Shown: positions 27,066 through 32,000 of the stretch, one piece after another
Position numbering within the stretch: the stretch's first letter is position 1
Layout of the letters: every line of letters begins with the position of its first letter
Assembly: GCF_003231495.1 (NCBI RefSeq)
Contig: NZ_PQWO01000001.1
Location: 240,001-272,000 of the forward strand
DNA: 32,000 bases
Direction of reading: 5' to 3'
From: Acaryochloris thomasi RCC1774
Lineage (GTDB): Bacteria; Cyanobacteriota; Cyanobacteriia; Thermosynechococcales; Thermosynechococcaceae
Position numbers and translations under genes: made by a program
Notes under the pieces: model-generated
Told to the model about the DNA's origin: nothing
Databases searched by the model: none
Seen by the model: only the letters and a program-made list of their open reading frames with translations

Positions 27066-27181
27066 ATCGCAAGTCAGTCTACTCCGATGAAATATCGTAT
27101 ATTCCACTGATTGAGTCTTTGAATGCGATCGCACAAAGTAAAAGCGAGTAGTTGACCTCCAAAAGTGGAGCGATGGAGTGG
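27066..27181 (+). repeat. Inter-cassette repeat, copy D (longest copy)
   Basis: The sequence is atcgcaagtcagtctactccgatgaaatatcgtatattccactgattgagtctttgaatgcgatcgcacaaagtaaaagcgagtagttgacctccaaaagtggagcgatggagtgg. It contains all segments seen in copies A-C. Confidence 0.85.
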
Positions 27182-27300
27182 TAGAAAATGTCCAGCCTAG
27201 AATTCTTCTGAGTTTTAATAGCCAAGCAGTTCTGTTCGATTTCAAGGGCTTTCACATAGGCTACACTTCTAATCAGGTTCAGAATAATCAAGAGAAGTAA

Positions 27301-28467
27301 GTGATCACGGAAACTGAAGTTAAAGATTTAGCAATTAAACAGGGCGTTACATTGCCTCGTGTCGAAAAAGATTATGTGATGGGCTGGCTACTGTGGGGAA
27401 TTTACAATGATCCCGTACTATCAAAAAATTTAGTACTTAAGGGCGGTAACTGCTTACGCAAAGTATATTTTCCTGACACTCGATTTTCTGATGACTTGGA
27501 TTTCACTGCATTTCGACTAGATACTAAGCAGGTGTTTCACCAAAGGCTCAATACAATTTGTGAAAACATACATCGTGCTTGTGGAATAGACTTCGATTTC
27601 GATAATACTCTCGTCAAAACTAAGCAGACACCTGACAAGGATTGTACGGCATTAGATGGTCGAGTTTACTTTCGAGGCTTTGCAGGCGATGCAAGCGTCA
27701 GCATGCGGATCAAGTTTGACATTTCTCAATTCGAGAAAATTGTACTACCCCTACAGAATCACTCTATCCTGCACAATTACTCTGACATTGATGCTTGTAA
27801 AGTTCTTATTCGGACGTACTCCCTTGAGGAAGTCCTTGCAGAAAAGTTAAGAAGTTGGATACAAAGGACTCGATCTCGTGACTTATTTGATGTAGTAAAG
27901 ATTGTGCAGAGCGAAGCTGTTCCTATCAGCAACATTAATATTCTGTCCGCATTCTTTCAGAAAACTATATTCAAAGATATACCGCTGGCCGGACAAGAAG
28001 AAATGCTATATGGACCAAAATTTGAAGGCATTGAGAACAGTTGGTTGAAAACTGTTATCAGTCCTCAGTCATCAATAATTGCAGCAGGAAACGCCATCTC
28101 GCTTTTTAAGGATTTCATCAATGCCTTATTCAAACCGGAGATTCTTGAAGCTGCTGGTTTCTCGCAGGCTAATGTATCCCCACATAATTACAATGTTCGC
28201 TCAGGTGTTCGAGAAGCGATTATTGAGGCTGGAAAAGTTCGAAAATCAATTCGGATGCAATATAAGGGGCGCGAGAGAAACATAGAACCTTACTCGTTTA
28301 GGTACAAAATAACGCAGAGGGGTTATGGCGCTGAATATTTCTATGGCTTTGATAGAACAAGTGGCGCAACTATCAAAAGTTTTTTTCTTCACCAAATTGA
28401 AGGTGTTAGTATACTCCCAGAACAATACATCCCTCGTTGGCACGTAGAATTCAAGCCTGATAAATAA
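27301..28467 (+). CDS. AbiEii/AbiGii-type nucleotidyltransferase (DUF1814) fused to a C-terminal WYL-like domain
   Basis: GTG start. AbiEii signatures are VEKDYVMGWLLWGI, LVLKGGNCLRKVYFPDTRFSDDLDFT and LAEKLRSWIQRTRSRDLFDV. The last ~75 aa, IRMQYKGRERNIEPYSFRY...GAEYFYGFDRTSGATIKSFFLHQIEGVSIL, follow the WYL pattern (Y....R.v.P..l....g.wYl.g.d.....R.F.l.rI..v). Confidence 0.7.
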   Translation: MITETEVKDLAIKQGVTLPRVEKDYVMGWLLWGIYNDPVLSKNLVLKGGNCLRKVYFPDTRFSDDLDFTAFRLDTKQVFHQRLNTICENIHRACGIDFDFDNTLVKTKQTPDKDCTALDGRVYFRGFAGDASVSMRIKFDISQFEKIVLPLQNHSILHNYSDIDACKVLIRTYSLEEVLAEKLRSWIQRTRSRDLFDVVKIVQSEAVPISNINILSAFFQKTIFKDIPLAGQEEMLYGPKFEGIENSWLKTVISPQSSIIAAGNAISLFKDFINALFKPEILEAAGFSQANVSPHNYNVRSGVREAIIEAGKVRKSIRMQYKGRERNIEPYSFRYKITQRGYGAEYFYGFDRTSGATIKSFFLHQIEGVSILPEQYIPRWHVEFKPDK

Positions 28468-28487
28468 CCTGAATATATGCAATGGTT

Positions 28488-28534
28488 CTTTAGGGATGAC
28501 AACAAGCTTTATAGGCTCGTTGTCATCCCTAAAG
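28488..28534. terminator. Perfect 16-bp stem hairpin 21 nt after the AbiEii-WYL stop (terminator or other structured element)
   Basis: ctttagggatgacaac (28488-28503) is the exact reverse complement of gttgtcatccctaaag (28519-28534), with a 15-nt loop. No T-run follows on the + strand. Confidence 0.5.
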
Positions 28535-29086
28535 GATCTCAACACTTGCTGGTAAAATTTAGGCAACATTTTTGTGATGGGGTAGTCGTCTTGACCGCCC
28601 TATTTTCTTTTGTGCCTTGAACACTAGAGCTACCAGCAGCAATAGGGGACAGGTGCCTTGTCATCCCTTAAGGCAATGGTTTCAAGATCAAGTGGGTAGA
28701 GCGCGCTCCTGTAGCTCTATGAGTCAACAACCAATTTGCAGGCTGCCTTGACATTCTCATTTTGAGGTCGAGGTTTAGATTTATAACTGTAAGTAATTTT
28801 GTACTCTACTAACTGAATTTTTAAAGGTGATCGCTTAGAGTAAAAAGTAAAGTAAGTGATTAACGCTTACATGTTGGTAATCAAATAGCGGAGATTGCTT
28901 ACCCGAATTATTTTTGCTACCTATGAATCATGTTGCGTGATGCTAATTGGGTTGTCTTCTAACGGTCCAACTCACTGGCGCGAAAGAGTCCTAGAAATCA
29001 AAGCAGATCTAGTATGCTCAATACTGAGCATCCAGTGCAGTGTAAGTTAGGCAAAACAAAAACACCAAGTCAAAACACTCACTATG

Positions 29087-29548
29087 CTATTCACAGCGAT
29101 ACCCTGGACTTGGCGACCAATTCGGAATTGTACGGATCCCATGATCAATCAAGAAATCTCCTTTGTCTAAGTTACCCTCGCATTTGTCTTCAATACAGAA
29201 ACAAGCTACAACCTCCCCTATTTGATGTTGATATAAAGTTTTCTTATCATATTTTTCAAGAATCATCTCTTCTAATTCTGAAGTAGGTACGACGGATCTT
29301 GATGGATCGTTAACAACGCTCATAGCAAAAATAAATAAAGGAATTCCGCCTAAACAAAGAGTCCACCACAAATATTTTTTAGTAAGGCGCGCTCTATCTC
29401 CAGAGCCTTGAAGGTTCTCGCTGCGTTCCTGCCTCTGCTTTTCATCTATTTCTTGCTGCTTTTGTCCACCTTTTGAAGACTCTCTCGATATGAAAGCCGC
29501 AGCAATAGTAGCGAATGCACCAATTAGTGCAACAATAACTGCTTCCAT
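29087..29548 (-). CDS. Hypothetical small membrane protein (two predicted TM helices, charged linker, Cys-containing C-terminal domain)
   Basis: ATG start. TM1 is MEAVIVALIGAFATIAAAFI, followed by a K/Q/E/R-rich linker. TM2 is WWTLCLGGIPLFIFAMSVV. The C-terminal ~75 aa contain CFCIEDKCEG. The gene is AT-rich, and I recognise no family. Confidence 0.45.
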   Translation of the reverse strand: MEAVIVALIGAFATIAAAFISRESSKGGQKQQEIDEKQRQERSENLQGSGDRARLTKKYLWWTLCLGGIPLFIFAMSVVNDPSRSVVPTSELEEMILEKYDKKTLYQHQIGEVVACFCIEDKCEGNLDKGDFLIDHGIRTIPNWSPSPGYRCE

Positions 29549-29815
29549 AATTCATTGTTTAGTGTTGCGTCGTTTATAACTTAAGCAGGTTTAATCACTT
29601 ATTGTGCGGAATTAATTCTGACAAACATACCCATCAGCTTGCTATACGGATTATATGCTGCATATCATACCGATCAGCCTATTTCTGCGAAAAGTCTTTC
29701 ACACATTATCCTGTTTTAGAGATCTTATACGGACATGTTCTGCATAATTCCCCAATGAACTTATTCCTCATCTAAACACTCAATTCCAGTTCTAGCCTTG
29801 CTGAGCATCGTCCAT

Positions 29816-32000
29816 CTACTGAGTTGTGTTCGTAGGAGGATCCGTAGCTAAATCTCCGTCAGGCTCAGGCTCCAGCTCAAGTAAGATTTCATTCACCTCA
29901 CTAATCGGGAACCGATCCATCAGCTGCTGTGCCCGCTTCGCATTCTGCCGCAACTCCCCAGATGTATGCGGCGCATGAGGAATCTGAGACAAAATATCCA
30001 ACGTTCGCCGCAGCATCCGCACAATATCGCCCTCATCTAAACTCGTGTGGGTACACAGCTCCAGCCAGTCCATTCCCAACGCCCACTGCTCCACAATGCC
30101 AATCAGCTCCGTCTCCAACCCAATAGGACTCATAACATCCTGACGATACTGCTCCTTAAGCAACTGCCGCTGAATCGGACGCAGCTCAGCCAACGCCTCC
30201 TGCACTTCTGCTGAAGGAGAAAAGTGAGTCCAGGTATCGGTGCGATTGTTGTCGTAAACCAGTGCCGTACAGGCCGCCGCCAACTGATGCGGAGCCAAAC
30301 TGTCAAAAACGCCGGAGCTAAAAACCAGCCCTAGCCACAGCTCATTCTCGCCCCGTAGCCCAGAGGCCATCTCTCCCAAAGGCGTCGGTGTCACATCCTG
30401 CAGACCGTTGAAGTGGCGCAGCACCTTGACCAGGCCCATAAACTCATCCCAGTGGTGGTGCGATCGTCGATGGAATTTAGTTTGACGATCTTCTAACTGT
30501 GCTTCCAAGCTCTTCACCCGTCGCTGCCACCGCAAAATTGAATGGTGACTCTTACGCGAAGCATGGGCCGGATGCCCCTCTATCTTCTGCTGTACTGCCT
30601 CCAATCGCTTGCTCTGGTCATGGACTTCAGGAGCCACCTGCCATTCTCCCGCCGGGATTTGCTTGGCAATAGCAACACTCGATTCATCCCCATTGGCAGA
30701 CTGTCCTACTTTCGGCTGCAACGTTGCGGGAGGTGTCAATGCTTCCAGCTCAGCCTCTAGCGAAAGATGGCCTTCTAAGCTAGCAACCTCTTTATGGGAA
30801 ATCACCTGCCAGCGGTTCTTCTGAGTTAAAGAAATAAAGTACGGAAGCTGACCGGAACTAGGCAACTGGCGGACCAAGATGGCTGAAACGGGGCTGTCTT
30901 GTTCTGATGTTTGGACACCCACCACAGTTCCGATAGGCGCATGAGCCATAATCAGGGCTAGCTCTTGAGCGCGGTTTTCTTGGGCCTGCTGCTGCAAAAT
31001 TTTCAATAAGCGCCGCTCTTCTTTAACGCGCTGCCGCAGCTTTTGATAGCTGTTGAGTTCTGCTAGGTCGATATCGGCTAGCTTGGCTTGAAGGCTGGTC
31101 AGTTCTTGCTCTACAGATGCGATCGCATCTTTCTGCGGATTGAGCTGTAGCATCCCCAAATACTGCCCGAAGCTTTTCTCAATCAGAGCCTTAGCTTCAT
31201 CAAGGCTGTGCGTCTGCAGCAGATTCAGCACCATCCCGTAGCTAGGGGTAAACTGGCTTACCAGCGGATCAGCTCCTACAGTCGCCAGGTAGGATGCTTC
31301 CTTCGCCCCTTCAAAACGAGTTTGCACCGTGACGACGTGACCGCTATCATCCATCCCTCGCCGTCCGGCTCGCCCTGACATCTGCAAAAATTCAGAGGCC
31401 GTCAGCAGGCGATGGCCGTCGTCTGTGCGTTTCGATAGTGTAGAAATCACCGTCGTCCGCGCAGGCATGTTGATCCCTGCAGCAAGCGTTTCAGTGGCAA
31501 AGACCACCTTGATTAATCCCTGCTGGAATAGCTCTTCCACTAATCCTTTCCAAGCTGGGAGCAGACCGGCATGGTGGGCGGCAATACCGCGATAGAGGGC
31601 GTCAAACTGTTCCAGTTGCCCGACATCAGGGTTCTGCTGCCGGAAGGCATCCACCTGACGCTTCAGTTCTGAGGCTTCTGCATCATTGACGAGACTCAAA
31701 CCGCTGGCCTCTTGGACCGCTTTATCGCAGCCCCGCCGACTGAAGATGAAATAAATGGCAGGCAGCATGTCCCGCTGGCGCATCTGTTCCACAATGCTGG
31801 GGAGGCTGGGCACATTGGGCCGAGGTGGACGCTTACCGCGATGACGACCGCGACCGCGATTCTTATTACTGGGCTTCGCCATTTGTGACTTAAGCTGCGG
31901 ATGCATCTTCGTCTTTTGCTCATTGAGCAGACGGCAGAGGCCTTTATTTCCAGCGAAATGGAAGTTAAGGGGTACGGGTCGCCAATCGGAATCCACCAGA
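29816..32000 (-). CDS. Ski2-like DEAD/DEAH-box helicase, C-terminal ~two-thirds (N-terminus outside the window)
   Basis: The frame stays open to the window edge. RPVPLNFHF, GIAAHHAGLLPAWK, VVFATETLAAGINMPARTTV and QMSGRAGRRGMD (helicase motifs IV-VI) are present. The C-terminal DSHCT-like region is EGDIVRMLRRTLDIL. Confidence 0.85.
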   Translation of the reverse strand, partial: LVDSDWRPVPLNFHFAGNKGLCRLLNEQKTKMHPQLKSQMAKPSNKNRGRGRHRGKRPPRPNVPSLPSIVEQMRQRDMLPAIYFIFSRRGCDKAVQEASGLSLVNDAEASELKRQVDAFRQQNPDVGQLEQFDALYRGIAAHHAGLLPAWKGLVEELFQQGLIKVVFATETLAAGINMPARTTVISTLSKRTDDGHRLLTASEFLQMSGRAGRRGMDDSGHVVTVQTRFEGAKEASYLATVGADPLVSQFTPSYGMVLNLLQTHSLDEAKALIEKSFGQYLGMLQLNPQKDAIASVEQELTSLQAKLADIDLAELNSYQKLRQRVKEERRLLKILQQQAQENRAQELALIMAHAPIGTVVGVQTSEQDSPVSAILVRQLPSSGQLPYFISLTQKNRWQVISHKEVASLEGHLSLEAELEALTPPATLQPKVGQSANGDESSVAIAKQIPAGEWQVAPEVHDQSKRLEAVQQKIEGHPAHASRKSHHSILRWQRRVKSLEAQLEDRQTKFHRRSHHHWDEFMGLVKVLRHFNGLQDVTPTPLGEMASGLRGENELWLGLVFSSGVFDSLAPHQLAAACTALVYDNNRTDTWTHFSPSAEVQEALAELRPIQRQLLKEQYRQDVMSPIGLETELIGIVEQWALGMDWLELCTHTSLDEGDIVRMLRRTLDILSQIPHAPHTSGELRQNAKRAQQLMDRFPISEVNEILLELEPEPDGDLATDPPTNTTQ

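Noticed and set aside
27066-27181. Canonical integron attC core sites (RYYYAAC ... GTTRRRY) and a conserved long inverted repeat within the inter-cassette repeat.
   Set aside because: In copy D, aagtcagtctactc (27071-27084) pairs imperfectly with gagtagttgacct (27146-27158), with a bulge. However, GTTGACC does not fit GTTRRRY and no RYYYAAC partner exists. In copy B the outer half of the pairing (ccaacct) is not maintained. I therefore do not call these attC sites and note only the analogous organisation.
28246-28569. The 107-aa minus-strand ORF overlapping the 3' end of the AbiEii-WYL gene and the 16-bp hairpin.
   Set aside because: It is antisense to a gene with clear family motifs. Its N-terminal part is translated from the hairpin, and it has no recognisable features. 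The 90-aa ORF at 29014-29286, antisense to the two-TM gene, is rejected for the same reason.
28690-28725. A tRNA-like fragment (caagtgggtagagcgcgctcctgtagctct resembles a D-arm GTAGAGC motif), which would fit an islet integrated at a tRNA gene.
   Set aside because: I could not build a cloverleaf. There is no acceptor stem or T-arm (GGTTCGAATCC-like). The local pairing is just a 5-bp hairpin (agagc/gctct).
2625-31130. Many GCGATCGC octamers across the window (e.g. 2625-2632, 3328-3335, 5988-5995, 7554-7561, 8898-8905, 26257-26264, 27125-27132).
   Set aside because: This is the well-known HIP1 highly iterated palindrome of cyanobacterial genomes. It is useful as a taxonomic and compositional marker but is not a novel feature in itself.
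1-32000. Search for CRISPR arrays, rRNA/tRNA genes, transposases or integrases.
   Set aside because: I saw no regularly spaced short direct repeats with unique spacers, no rRNA- or tRNA-like sequence, and no ORF with DDE transposase or tyrosine/serine recombinase motifs.

Overview
The window looks like a cyanobacterial chromosome segment. The HIP1 octamer GCGATCGC recurs through most of it (e.g. 2625-2632, 3328-3335, 5988-5995, 7554-7561, 8898-8905).

Three blocks:

(1) 1-9418: a same-strand cluster of five genes for secreted or surface proteins. Three are DUF11-type repeat proteins. One is a 1217-aa putative outer-membrane beta-barrel protein, translationally coupled to the gene before it. 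The last is a right-handed beta-helix protein.

(2) 9481-23553: ordinary housekeeping and stress genes. These are gpx, an RraA-family gene, a SulP-Usp operon, a zinc-ribbon protein, an M23 peptidase, ilvD, two tandem lepB paralogues, a GNAT gene, a MerR-family gene, a secreted peroxiredoxin, glk, dtd and an Hsp70-like ATPase.

(3) 23554-29815: an accessory islet between the Hsp70-like gene and a Ski2-like helicase gene that runs off the window.
- It holds five small toxin-antitoxin-type modules: hicBA, a decayed ParE/RelE-like pair, DUF1902-hicA, and two divergent DUF6883-DUF4926 pairs.
- These are followed by an AbiEii-type nucleotidyltransferase with a WYL-like C-terminal domain and no AbiEi partner.
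- Next comes about 500 bp of AT-rich non-coding DNA, then a small two-TM protein gene.
- Four same-orientation copies of a 55-115 bp repeat sit exactly between the modules. The repeats are better conserved than the genes they separate.

I consider this cassette-array organisation and the AbiEii-WYL fusion the most interesting signals. The DUF11/barrel cluster is a secondary candidate. I found no rRNA, tRNA, CRISPR array, transposase or integrase. All domain calls come from reading the translations by eye, not from searches.
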